Below the pieces are notes generated by a model. It had not been told where the DNA came from and did no database searches. It saw nothing but the letters and a program-made list of their open reading frames with translations. 64,000 nucleotides of DNA from Nitrospiraceae bacterium. GTDB lineage: Bacteria > Nitrospirota > Nitrospiria > Nitrospirales > Nitrospiraceae. Location: NCBI GenBank assembly GCA_050246315.1, contig JBFWWG010000008.1, positions 96,001 through 160,000 on the forward strand, in the 5' to 3' direction. Below are positions 1-8,639 of the stretch, piece after piece; within the stretch, counting starts at the first letter, position 1; each line of letters opens with the position of its first letter. The position numbers were made by a program, and so were the translations under genes.

Positions 1-604
1 CTTGGAGTTGCTGGGAGCCCTGTTCGGCCTTTCGCCTGAGCTCTTCGATTTGTTTCTGCATCGACGCGATGGTCTGCTCCTTCTCCATCACTTTCAGCTT
101 CAACGCCTCCTCCGCCTCCTTCTTCGCCTGCTCTCGCGTGGCAACCAGTCCGTCCTGCACGCGCTTTTCGACCGTGAGATCCAACTCACGCTTGGCGTCG
201 TCCAACTCCCGCTGCTTCCGAATCACCTCGACTTGTGCTTGCTGTGCTTCCGCGAGCTTGGCATCTCGTTGTTGAAGCAATGCTTGAATGTCTGAAAGTT
301 CTCGGGTTTTCTGGTCAAGGTCCGCCTGCAATGCCTGCCTGGCCTTCTTGGCTTCCTCGACGGCAATCCGGTTCCGTTCGAGTCGCATCTTTTCTGCGAC
401 TTGATCGTCGATCGTCTGCTGCGCCTTGGAGAGAGCCTCCTCTCGCTCTCTCAAGGTCGCTTCGCGTTTCGCCGCATCCGCGTCCTTTTTGGCCAGTCGT
501 TGCTCGTATTCGCGTTTGGTGGATTCGATCAGCGGAGCCGCAAGTGATTCCGTGAGCTTGATTTCCGTCTTGCAGGTCGGACAGATGATGGTCGGTTCGC
601 TCAT
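1..604 (-). CDS. DUF2130-family coiled-coil protein, 5' part (runs off the window edge)
   Basis: Absent from the ORF track. Manual translation from ATG at 604: MSEPTIICPTCKTEIKLTESLAAPLIE...IEELRRKAEQGSQQLQ, open to position 1. N-terminal CPxC and the KAEQGSQQLQ motif are typical of DUF2130. Confidence 0.85.
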   Translation of the reverse strand, partial: MSEPTIICPTCKTEIKLTESLAAPLIESTKREYEQRLAKKDADAAKREATLREREEALSKAQQTIDDQVAEKMRLERNRIAVEEAKKARQALQADLDQKTRELSDIQALLQQRDAKLAEAQQAQVEVIRKQRELDDAKRELDLTVEKRVQDGLVATREQAKKEAEEALKLKVMEKEQTIASMQKQIEELRRKAEQGSQQLQ

Positions 605-773
605 AGAGGTCTCCGTCGGTTTCTCCCCGGAAGGCCGAACGATTCGCTGGCCGGCTGCGCCCCGGAGACCGGCAGCATATCAACTCCTGCCGGGGCCGTG
701 CCAGCGTTACACTTGAGCCCATCGATTGTGTAGACTGTCGTGACGGCACACAGCAGCCCGCGTCTCATTCTCC

Positions 774-1784
774 GTGCCGGATGAGGACCACGTGAACCAG
801 ATTTCTCCCGTGCCCTTCTACATGCTGACCGGCCCGTTGGGGACAGGCAAGACGACGATGCTGCTGCGCCTGTTGGAATATTGGAAGAAGCAGGGCCGCA
901 ATGTCGGGGTGGTCATGAACGAATCCGGCCAGATCAGCATCGACGGGCCGCGCGCCGGCGCCATCGCCGGCCAGGTGGTGAATCTCGCCGGCGGCTGCGT
1001 CTGTTGCGATACGAAGGACGACCTGGCCTGGGGTATCGGTCAGTTGATCACCGAGGACCAGTGCAACCTCATCGTGCTGGAATGTTCCGGCATGGCCAAT
1101 CCGACGGAAGTCATCGATGCCGTCACCGACGCCTTTGTCTCACGGTTCGTGACGTTGCGCCAGGTCATCGCGCTGCTTCAGCCGGCGGCCGACCCCGAAC
1201 AGGCCTACAACGATCCGGTGATCGCCCACTCGCTCCGCTGCGCCGACGACATCATCTTGAACAAACGCGATCTGTTTCTCAGCACCTTGTGGAAAGCGTC
1301 CTCCAGAGCCATTGTCGCCCGCAATCCCGACGCGCGTCTTTGGGAAGCCAGCCAGGCCCGTGTCGATCTGGACGAGCTGCTCCGACCACGCGAGCGGCCG
1401 CGATCGAATCAGCCTACACCAAACGTAACCTTCGACGCTGATCCGCCCTCGACTCACTCTACAGCGCGCGCCGCCTATCATCCCCTGGTCGTCACGGCAC
1501 GACTGCCCGGTCCGGTGGATCGGCGCAAGTTCATGGAGTGGATGACGGGGCTCCCGGCGGGACTCGAACGAGCTAAGGGATTCCTGCGGTTTAGCGACGA
1601 TCCGTCGCTCCAGGAGTTTCAATTTGCGCCGCCCGGCGTCAATCGGGTGGAGCCGCTTCATCTGCTGGATGAACCCCCGCATGCCATCGTGCTCATCGGT
1701 CGGGGCTATGACCAAGAGGCCTGTCGGTCTGCGTTGCTGGCCTGTATCCATGCCGGAGCAGACCATCACCGGCAGCGCGAGTGA
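774..1784 (+). CDS. COG0523/CobW-family G3E P-loop GTPase (metallochaperone)
   Basis: Walker A GPLGTGKTT, VVMNE, metal motif GGCVCC, LECSG, LNKRD, C-terminal ERAKGF (CobW_C-like). The start may be GTG 792. Confidence 0.9.
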   Translation: MPDEDHVNQISPVPFYMLTGPLGTGKTTMLLRLLEYWKKQGRNVGVVMNESGQISIDGPRAGAIAGQVVNLAGGCVCCDTKDDLAWGIGQLITEDQCNLIVLECSGMANPTEVIDAVTDAFVSRFVTLRQVIALLQPAADPEQAYNDPVIAHSLRCADDIILNKRDLFLSTLWKASSRAIVARNPDARLWEASQARVDLDELLRPRERPRSNQPTPNVTFDADPPSTHSTARAAYHPLVVTARLPGPVDRRKFMEWMTGLPAGLERAKGFLRFSDDPSLQEFQFAPPGVNRVEPLHLLDEPPHAIVLIGRGYDQEACRSALLACIHAGADHHRQRE

Positions 1785-1809
1785 GTTGATCGGGAACACT
1801 CCAACGTCC

Positions 1810-2595
1810 ATGCGTCCATTCGAAGGACTGGCAACCGGGATCTGGAGCCTGGTGCTCTGCATCAGCACGGTCGGACCGGCGCTCGTGGTTGGGGCCGGTT
1901 TCGACGAGGCGTCGAACCCTAGGAATCCGCTCGCAGCGGCGGTCACACCGGCGACTTTCGGCCTGATCCGCATCATGCCGCTGGGGGACTCGATCACGGA
2001 ATCGTCCAGCGGGTTCGGCAGCTACCGATACTACTTATGGCAAGACCTGGCGCGAGAGGGATTCACCGTGGACTTCGTCGGATCGATGACCGGCACCGGG
2101 GGAGAGGCAGCCGATTCGCCGGAGTTCGATTCAGACCACGAAGGCCATCCCGGGTGGAGGGCTGATGAAGTCGCAGATCACCTCGATGGCTGGGCCGGCT
2201 CGGCACGGCCGGACGTTGTGCTCATTCATCTCGGCACCAACGACCTGGCGCAAGGTCAGCCGCCCACCGACGTGATCCGGGATTTGACGAGGATCATCGA
2301 CCGGCTCCGCGTCGTCAACCCGCACGTCCATATTCTGGTCGCCCAGATCATCCCGATGGGAGCGGAGGGGCCGGCGCACGTGCTGGAACTCAATGCCGCG
2401 ATCGCGACCCTGGCGGACAGAGTCGGTACTGCCGATTCACCTGTGGAGGCCGTGGATCAGTTCACCGGCTTCGACCATGCCGGGATGACATGGGACGGCA
2501 TTCATCCGAATCGGAAAGGAAACAAGACAATGGCCACGGTCTGGATGCAGGCCCTGCTTCCACACTTGCGGATGATTCACTCGACTGTCCGATAG
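1810..2595 (+). CDS. SGNH/GDSL hydrolase family protein, probably exported
   Basis: RIMPLGDSIT, HEGHPGW, HLGTND, DGIHPN motifs and a hydrophobic N-terminus. Start moved from 1624 to ATG 1810 to avoid overlapping the CobW gene. Confidence 0.85.
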   Translation: MRPFEGLATGIWSLVLCISTVGPALVVGAGFDEASNPRNPLAAAVTPATFGLIRIMPLGDSITESSSGFGSYRYYLWQDLAREGFTVDFVGSMTGTGGEAADSPEFDSDHEGHPGWRADEVADHLDGWAGSARPDVVLIHLGTNDLAQGQPPTDVIRDLTRIIDRLRVVNPHVHILVAQIIPMGAEGPAHVLELNAAIATLADRVGTADSPVEAVDQFTGFDHAGMTWDGIHPNRKGNKTMATVWMQALLPHLRMIHSTVR

Positions 2596-2604
2596 TCTCG
2601 CCGA

Positions 2605-3219
2605 TCAGTGACCGAGACCGATGAACGGTGTGTCCCCTTCCGCGCCGGGACGCGAGTGATCGGATGTGGGGATTGTCTTCACAGCCGCCGCAGGTCGAAA
2701 CCGATGCCAGCGAAGCAGCAAGAACGCGGCGCCGGCTCCCATGATCCCGCCCACCAGCCATCCTCCCAGCACATCGCCCGGATAGTGGACGCCGGTGTAA
2801 ACTCGGGCCACTCCCACCAGGAAGACAATCGGCCAACTGATCCATCCGGTCTTCGGATAGAGGGCGTGGAGAAAGGCCGCCATGGCGGCGGTATTGATCG
2901 CATGGTTGGATGGAAAGCCGAAGAGCCGCCCGCAATCGCCGAGAAGATGCACGTCGGGCAGGCTGACACAGGGTCGCAATCGTTCGACCAGGTGTTTGAG
3001 TTGCGCACCCATCGCATCGGCAATCCCCACGGCCGATGCGACGGTTGGAACGGCGAACAAGGACTCCCACCATGACCACCATGCCCACAGGACGACTGCG
3101 ACGCTCAGACCGAGCAGGCCCGGACTGGGGTGCGCACAGAATCGCATGGCGACATCAAGCCACTCGAATCGGCCGGCCAGGCCGTTGATCGCATAGAACA
3201 GCGCGGCGTCCCAGGTCAT
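2605..3219 (-). CDS. PAP2-family membrane phosphatase
   Basis: KxxxxRxRP (KHLVERLRP), FPSNH, and ARVYTGVHYPGDV motifs. Confidence 0.9.
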   Translation of the reverse strand: MTWDAALFYAINGLAGRFEWLDVAMRFCAHPSPGLLGLSVAVVLWAWWSWWESLFAVPTVASAVGIADAMGAQLKHLVERLRPCVSLPDVHLLGDCGRLFGFPSNHAINTAAMAAFLHALYPKTGWISWPIVFLVGVARVYTGVHYPGDVLGGWLVGGIMGAGAAFLLLRWHRFRPAAAVKTIPTSDHSRPGAEGDTPFIGLGH

Positions 3220-3220
3220 C

Positions 3221-3356
3221 CGTCAGTCGCCAATCGTCAACCGACATTCGCCAAGCGTTAAGCGACAGGAGCAATTCATTGCGAAGCTTGTCTCCCCTTG
3301 TTGGATAAACCTGCAAGAGTGGACGATTGACGCGTGACCACTGACGAATGACGTTT
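3221..3356. repeat. Two oppositely oriented degenerate heptamer tracts
   Basis: 3221-3269: cgtcagt cgccaat cgtcaac cgacatt cgccaag cgttaag cgacagg. 3322-3356: gacgatt gacgcgt gaccact gacgaat gacgttt. Confidence 0.6.
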
Positions 3357-3363
3357 GTCTGAT

Positions 3364-3834
3364 TCACTGCGTCCGGAAATGGATGCGCACCGTAATCTCG
3401 CCATCCACCGGCTCATCGCCCTTCATCTGCGGCTCGAAAGTCCATCGGTTCAGAGCCTGAAGGCTCGCCTGCGTCAGCTCGCGATGCTTGCAAGGCTCCA
3501 GCACCACCACGGTCGCGGTGGCGTTCTTGCTGACCAGAAATCGCGCCTTCATCCAGTCGTCGATCACCTTGCCGTCGAGCTGCGGCGGAATCTTCGGCCA
3601 GGGTGTGAGTTTCGGAACCGGTCCGAGCTGCTGATCCTTGTTCAGCGGCAAACCATGGACGTGCACTTCCTGAAGGTCGAGAACCTCAAGGTCCTCGGCA
3701 TGATCAGCCTCGTGCGTGGCACCGTCGCCGCTTGCCGCGTTCGCGGCGACCGGCCAGAAGCAGAGACAAAACGCAGAGCCCAGCACGATCTTCCGAATCT
3801 TTGCCGTCACCCAGGTGGAGACCGCTTCTCTCAT
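3364..3834 (-). CDS. Short TonB C-terminal-domain (energy transducer TonB family) protein
   Basis: C-terminal ...ARFLVSKNATATV...QALNRWTFEPQMKGDEPVDGEITVRIHF. Signal-like N-terminus. GGGAGG SD before ATG 3834. Lies directly downstream of a TBDR. Confidence 0.75.
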   Translation of the reverse strand: MREAVSTWVTAKIRKIVLGSAFCLCFWPVAANAASGDGATHEADHAEDLEVLDLQEVHVHGLPLNKDQQLGPVPKLTPWPKIPPQLDGKVIDDWMKARFLVSKNATATVVVLEPCKHRELTQASLQALNRWTFEPQMKGDEPVDGEITVRIHFRTQ

Positions 3835-3921
3835 GACCTCCCACGCTCCATGATCGGATGAGCACATCGGCCTCCGACCTCTCGCTCGAACCGGATGTTC
3901 CCGCAATCCTCCCGCACGTTG

Positions 3922-6339
3922 TTAGAAGAACCACTGTGCGCGGAGGAAGAATGATCGCGGCATTCCGGCATGAGCCACGCCCAAGCCGATGCTGCCTCCT
4001 CCGGAATTGTAGAAGTATCGTTCATTGAATAGGTTGATGAGATCGATTCCGAGCAACATCTTCTGGTTGTGCCAAGGTAGCGGAATCACATGAGTGATCG
4101 ATGCATTATAGACCGTGTAAGAGGGCTCGTGTGTAGAATTTGTTTTGGCTCCCTCTTCCGCCGTTCTGAGACCGTAGCCGTATAACATCTGGCCAGAAAT
4201 ATTGGTCCGCGGAAAGATTTGGTAATTCACCACCGCCGAACTGGTCACGAACTGAGAGTGATCGCAGAACACACCGCCCTTCGAATTGATGTCGTCAATT
4301 TCTCTTTGGCCAAGCAAGTATTGTCCGGACTGTAGCCCGTAGCCCTTGCACTGGCCCCAACCTGCGACCCCACGGCCCGTCAGCTTGTCGAAGTTGAACG
4401 TCACTCCCCCGTCGATACCACGGGTCCACCCGTTTTCGAATGCGAAGAAATTCAGCATCGGCGTGGTGCCGAACTGCCCCGCATCCGACAAATAGTGCGC
4501 GAGCTTGTAATATCCCGTTACCTGTAGCGTCGCATACCGGGTGATGGCATGATAGCTTCCCACCTCGAAATAGTGCGCGCGCTCCGCACGGGGACGGAAG
4601 CCGGTCGGGTCGTCGGGGGCGGCCGTGGTGTTCTGGGTATTCAGATTAGCAAATGCGATCTGCTCGACGTTGGGCGGAGTAAATTGCCTGCCGTAATAGG
4701 CGTGGAAAACGTTTGACTGGTTGAGCTTGTAGGTCAGGCCGAGTCTCGGACTGACCTGCCCCTCGTTGTAGAACCCCTGGATGGCATCGCCTCTGACGCC
4801 CAGATTGAGAGTCCACTGGTCGTTCAATGTCCACTGGTCCTGCACCCAAACTTCCTGTCGCGTCTGATTGTTCAGGTTGGATGATTGCAAGCCGATGACC
4901 GGACCCAGCGGCACGCCGCCACCGGTGTCGAAAGCGAAAATCTGCGCCTCGTTGTTCGCGCGGGTATAGTCGAATTGAAAACCCGACCTGATCAGGTGCT
5001 TGCTGTTGGGCACCCAGGCGTAGTCCAAGCGGAACCCGCCGGAATAGGCCGTCCGTTTCTGATTCGCGGTCTGAGCGGAGTCCACATCGTCGACGTAGGC
5101 CAGCGAGTTCAAGGGATCGGTCTGGAAATTTGCCACGCCCCGCCGAAAATAGAACCCGAGATTGAAGAAGCTACTCGCGTTCACGTCATGTCGCCAGACC
5201 AATTGGGTGTATTGATTGTTCTCCTTCTGAAACTGATTCACGTATTGCGAGTTGCTGGGCTCGAACCCGGACGGCAACAAGGCAAGGACTTGGCCGTTCG
5301 GCTCAAGGTTTGGAATCGTCGGGATCTGGTACTTCGCCACCGAGCCAAGGAAGATCCAGGCGAAGTTGTTCCGATTGTCTCGCTGGTAGTCACCCCGCAG
5401 ATACGTGTTATTCTTCTCGCTCTGGTTGTGGTAGCTCGGATTGCCCAGTGTGGGAGGATCAAGCCCGCGATTCGTGGTGACATAGCTGTTCATGAGGTAG
5501 AACCGAAACTTTTCGCCGATCGTCCCGCCGTATTCCAATGAAGGATTCACCGTCTCATTCGATCCGCCGAAAGTCTGAATCGAGCCGAAGCCGGGTTTCG
5601 TGCCGCTCTTACTCGTGATATCTACAAGGACGGCCGTTTTGTTTCCGTATTGCGCCTCCATGCCGCCCAGGATCATGTCCGACCGCTCCCACGCACGAGG
5701 CGGAACGATATCGGCAAAGGCGCCGGTAACCGTGTCGGGAATCGGAATGCCGTCGATCCGATACTGCTGGTTGGCATGGTCCTGACGAATGTGGGTTTGA
5801 TTGAGCGCTCCATAGGCCACGCTCGGAAGGGTCAGCAATACACTTGCGACATCGTTATTGTTGCCCCGGGGGAGAATCTCCACATCTTTCCGGCTCAACT
5901 GATAGATCGAGCTTGAGGCGTTGTGTTGAATCGCGGGCAGCGGGGAGACGATCTCCAACGCAATTTCCTGGGTGACCGCCAACGTCAGGGTCACCGGCGC
6001 CGGTGGCTCGATTCCGATCTTCAGCACGACAAATTCGCTCTTGTAGGTGTCCTGAATCGCGCTGATGGAATAGGTGCCTTCGCCTGGCACCGTCACCGTA
6101 AATTCCCCGGCCTGGTTCGTGACTCCCTCCGTCACCACCGTGCCTTCTTGATCACGAACCTGCACGATCGCCTGATCAACTCGACGAAGATCCTGGTTCT
6201 GGACGACGCCGCTGATCCGATTCATCTGCGGCCCGGGTTCCCCTTCTTGGGCCTGTACAGGCGACAGCGGGATGATGACCCCGGCCAGCAGGCAGCAGGC
6301 CAAAATCGTCCCAAACTCACGTTTGGCAGCACGATGCAC
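3922..6339 (-). CDS. TonB-dependent outer-membrane receptor with N-terminal carboxypeptidase-regulatory-like domain
   Basis: Signal peptide, ISGVVQNQ..GEFTVTVP domain, plug (HIRQDHANQQYRIDGIPI, GGMEAQYGNK), QDQWTLN/LNLGVRGD/SPRLGLTY, C-terminal aromatic residue (PRSFFLRAQWFF). GAGGAGGAGG SD precedes GTG 6339. Confidence 0.93.
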   Translation of the reverse strand: MHRAAKREFGTILACCLLAGVIIPLSPVQAQEGEPGPQMNRISGVVQNQDLRRVDQAIVQVRDQEGTVVTEGVTNQAGEFTVTVPGEGTYSISAIQDTYKSEFVVLKIGIEPPAPVTLTLAVTQEIALEIVSPLPAIQHNASSSIYQLSRKDVEILPRGNNNDVASVLLTLPSVAYGALNQTHIRQDHANQQYRIDGIPIPDTVTGAFADIVPPRAWERSDMILGGMEAQYGNKTAVLVDITSKSGTKPGFGSIQTFGGSNETVNPSLEYGGTIGEKFRFYLMNSYVTTNRGLDPPTLGNPSYHNQSEKNNTYLRGDYQRDNRNNFAWIFLGSVAKYQIPTIPNLEPNGQVLALLPSGFEPSNSQYVNQFQKENNQYTQLVWRHDVNASSFFNLGFYFRRGVANFQTDPLNSLAYVDDVDSAQTANQKRTAYSGGFRLDYAWVPNSKHLIRSGFQFDYTRANNEAQIFAFDTGGGVPLGPVIGLQSSNLNNQTRQEVWVQDQWTLNDQWTLNLGVRGDAIQGFYNEGQVSPRLGLTYKLNQSNVFHAYYGRQFTPPNVEQIAFANLNTQNTTAAPDDPTGFRPRAERAHYFEVGSYHAITRYATLQVTGYYKLAHYLSDAGQFGTTPMLNFFAFENGWTRGIDGGVTFNFDKLTGRGVAGWGQCKGYGLQSGQYLLGQREIDDINSKGGVFCDHSQFVTSSAVVNYQIFPRTNISGQMLYGYGLRTAEEGAKTNSTHEPSYTVYNASITHVIPLPWHNQKMLLGIDLINLFNERYFYNSGGGSIGLGVAHAGMPRSFFLRAQWFF

Positions 6340-6444
6340 GATGTCCTCCTCCTCACCGAGCACAACGGACGACTGCACGCCAGGCTCGATCGCAACGCGA
6401 TCGGTCTGCGTTCGGCAGCCGTGACAGGGTTGTGTTGACGGGAA

Positions 6445-6783
6445 TCAGAGAACCGGAGGAGCCCTTGGGGAGGCGGTCACGATCAGCGCCGACGCGACAG
6501 GGGCGACGACGGATGAAACAACGGCTTCGCACGGAACCAGAAAGCGTTGGACGGTAGAGAGAACGGCCAGGACAGACTGTCCGGTGTGGTGTTGAACCCA
6601 CTGGCAAAGGTCCGAGTCGGAATGTTCATGCCCGTCGTGATCCGCCGCAGCCAGCTCATGGTGCACACCCAGGGCGGCGGCAAAGGGCATGAGCGTCAGC
6701 AGCAGCAGAATGAGGGCCTGGACGCTCAAGGCTGTGGCCAGACGACCAAGCCGGTGCGAGCGAAACATGATCATGGGAATCAT
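6445..6783 (-). CDS. DUF2946-like His-rich leader protein ending in RAPP (candidate arrest peptide)
   Basis: Hydrophobic signal/TM segment, GVHHELAAADHDGHEHSDSDLCQWVQHH, C-terminal SPRAPPVL*. Sits 105 nt upstream of the TBDR on the same strand. Start is one of ATG 6783/6774/6768. Confidence 0.75.
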   Translation of the reverse strand: MIPMIMFRSHRLGRLATALSVQALILLLLTLMPFAAALGVHHELAAADHDGHEHSDSDLCQWVQHHTGQSVLAVLSTVQRFLVPCEAVVSSVVAPVASALIVTASPRAPPVL

Positions 6784-6794
6784 AGAGGGGCCGG

Positions 6795-6824
6795 ACGGTA
6801 ACCTAGACGCGGTGAGACTGTCAA
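6795..6824 (-). promoter_or_regulatory. Putative sigma70 promoter for the leader-TBDR operon
   Basis: Minus strand TTGACA-N18-TACCGT, ending 11 nt before ATG 6783. Confidence 0.45.
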
Positions 6825-6911
6825 TAACCGTGATATCCACATCCAGCGACACCGAGTCCGCCGCCGAAGATATTCTTGATCCTATCCCGCATATCCCTCT
6901 CGCATAATTCA

Positions 6912-7030
6912 CGTCCAGCATGATTCACAAGAATTCGGGACGAAACCGCGAAGATGCCGCGCGTTGGCCCCATTGCTCTGAAGCAGAGCACTGAGTAAAC
7001 CCTTCGCCTCGTCACGAACGGCAATGTCGA
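6912..7030. repeat. Degenerate copy of the CTAG-ended palindromic element family (two short arms)
   Basis: atgattcacaagaattcgggacgaaaccgcgaagatgccgcgcgttggccccattgc aligns to the reverse complement of the right arm of the 12232-12479 copy. Central hairpin tgctctg-aag-cagagca; ends in tcgtcacgaac. Confidence 0.6.
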
Positions 7031-7127
7031 ACAGACTCCGCGCGCGAGAAGCGATCGCCCCACCGAACGTGGCCGAACCGGCCTACTTCGGTGAACGTGG
7101 CGGGGTGGGTAGACGGTCCCCTGTCCG

Positions 7128-7295
7128 CTAGAGATTGCTGCCCGTGGCGAATGAGCGAAGTCTGTGCACGAGCGGCGCGCTGCAATCGGGGCAGGCCTGG
7201 TTGACGGCCTCGTTGACCCCTTGCAGAAATGGCCTCTGCTTGGTGCAGGTGGCGGCCCCTCAACATTGTCTGCCAGATACTCATAGAGTCGGAAT
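7128..7295 (-). pseudogene. Possible decayed FmdB-type zinc-ribbon gene
   Basis: LYEYLADN in one frame and CTKQRPFLQGVNEAVNQACPDCSAPLVHRLRSFATG in another. No intact start codon. Confidence 0.4.
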
Positions 7296-7350
7296 GCCCG
7301 AGGTTCGAGAGCATGCAGCTCGGATCTGAAAGAGCTTTTCGTAGCGGTGT

Positions 7351-7379
7351 TGGACTTCTTTGGAAAAACTCGATATGCT
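7351..7379 (+). promoter_or_regulatory. Putative sigma70 promoter of the DAHP synthase gene
   Basis: TGGACT-N17-TATGCT. Confidence 0.35.
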
Positions 7380-7509
7380 AACGCCCTTTGGGCTGAATCC
7401 GTCTCGACAGCCTGAACTCCGACTGTCGGGAATTCGATCTCGGTGTCCAGCGGCAAATCGATCGCAGGGGGCGACGTTGCGCGCCTCGCAGGAGAAAGGA
7501 CCGTCAGCC

Positions 7510-8568
7510 ATGTACAGGCCGGTTGATAACCAGCACGTCATCGAAATTAAACCCCTTCCGTCTCCAAGGCAAGTCAAAACCAAACTGCCCTTGACCGAGC
7601 CGGCCTCGTCAGTGGTGTATGAAACCCGCCAAGCCATTCGAAACATCCTGCACGGGATCGATCGGGACCGACTGCTCGTCATCGTCGGCCCCTGCTCCAT
7701 CCATGACCCGGACGCGGCCTACGAGTACGCTGATCGGTTGAAAACCGTCGCCGATACGCTGCGCGAACGCGTGCTGATCGTGATGCGCACCTACTTCGAG
7801 AAACCCCGCACCACGGTCGGATGGAAGGGCCTCATCAATGATCCGCACCTCGACGGGACTTGCGATATCACCTTGGGTATCGAGTTGGCGCGAACGATTC
7901 TGCTGAATATCAACCATCGCGGCCTTCCTTGCGCCAGCGAACTACTCGACCCGGTCATGCCGCAGTATATTGCCGACCTCGTGAGTTGGGCCGCCATCGG
8001 AGCCAGAACTACGGAAAGCCAGACTCATCGCGAGATGGCGAGCGGCCTGTCCATGCCCATCGGCTTCAAGAATGGTACAGAAGGCAGCTTTCAGGTCGCG
8101 ATCAACGCGATGGTGGCGGCCCGCACGCCGCATCATTTCGTCGGCATCAACGCCGACGGGATCACCTCCATCATCAAGACCACGGGGAACCCCGACCGCC
8201 ATCTCGTCCTGCGCGGCGGAGGCGGCCGGACGAACTATGGCGCCGAGGATATCGCGCGCGCGGAAGCGGCCGTCTCCGAGGAAGGACTCGTCCGACCGAT
8301 CATGGTCGATTGCTCACACGACAATTCCGGGAAGAATCACCAACGCCAGGTTGAAGTGGCGCGTGAGGTCGTCGCGCAATTCGAGCAGGGCCGGCGCTCC
8401 ATCATGGGCCTCATGCTGGAAAGCCATCTCAACCCGGGCCGCCAAACTTGGGAACCCAACAGGCCGCTGGCCTACGGGGTGTCGATCACCGACCCCTGCC
8501 TCTCCTGGAGCGATACCGAAGCGTTGCTGCATAATTTGGCGACCAGCCCGGCCGCTCGACCCGCGTAG
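7510..8568 (+). CDS. 3-deoxy-7-phosphoheptulonate (DAHP) synthase, class I-alpha (AroF/G/H family)
   Basis: GPCSIHD, MRTYFEKPRTTVGWKGLINDP, IGARTTESQTHREMASGLS, DCSHDNS. SD GGAGAAAGGA before ATG 7510. Confidence 0.95.
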   Translation: MYRPVDNQHVIEIKPLPSPRQVKTKLPLTEPASSVVYETRQAIRNILHGIDRDRLLVIVGPCSIHDPDAAYEYADRLKTVADTLRERVLIVMRTYFEKPRTTVGWKGLINDPHLDGTCDITLGIELARTILLNINHRGLPCASELLDPVMPQYIADLVSWAAIGARTTESQTHREMASGLSMPIGFKNGTEGSFQVAINAMVAARTPHHFVGINADGITSIIKTTGNPDRHLVLRGGGGRTNYGAEDIARAEAAVSEEGLVRPIMVDCSHDNSGKNHQRQVEVAREVVAQFEQGRRSIMGLMLESHLNPGRQTWEPNRPLAYGVSITDPCLSWSDTEALLHNLATSPAARPA

Positions 8569-8639
8569 CGTTCGATCCAGAGACCGTGCCTGCGCAACGG
8601 TACCGGCGCGTCTCCGACGCGCCGGCAAGACCTGCCTCC

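Noticed and set aside
605..773. Cobalamin riboswitch or Zur/Fur box upstream of the CobW gene or the TBDR leader
   Set aside because: I could see no B12-box or convincing AT-rich palindrome; a covariance/PWM search is needed.
6902..6928. Direct repeat GCATAATTCAC/GCATGATTCAC as a transcription factor site
   Set aside because: Better explained as the terminal repeat of the decayed palindromic element.
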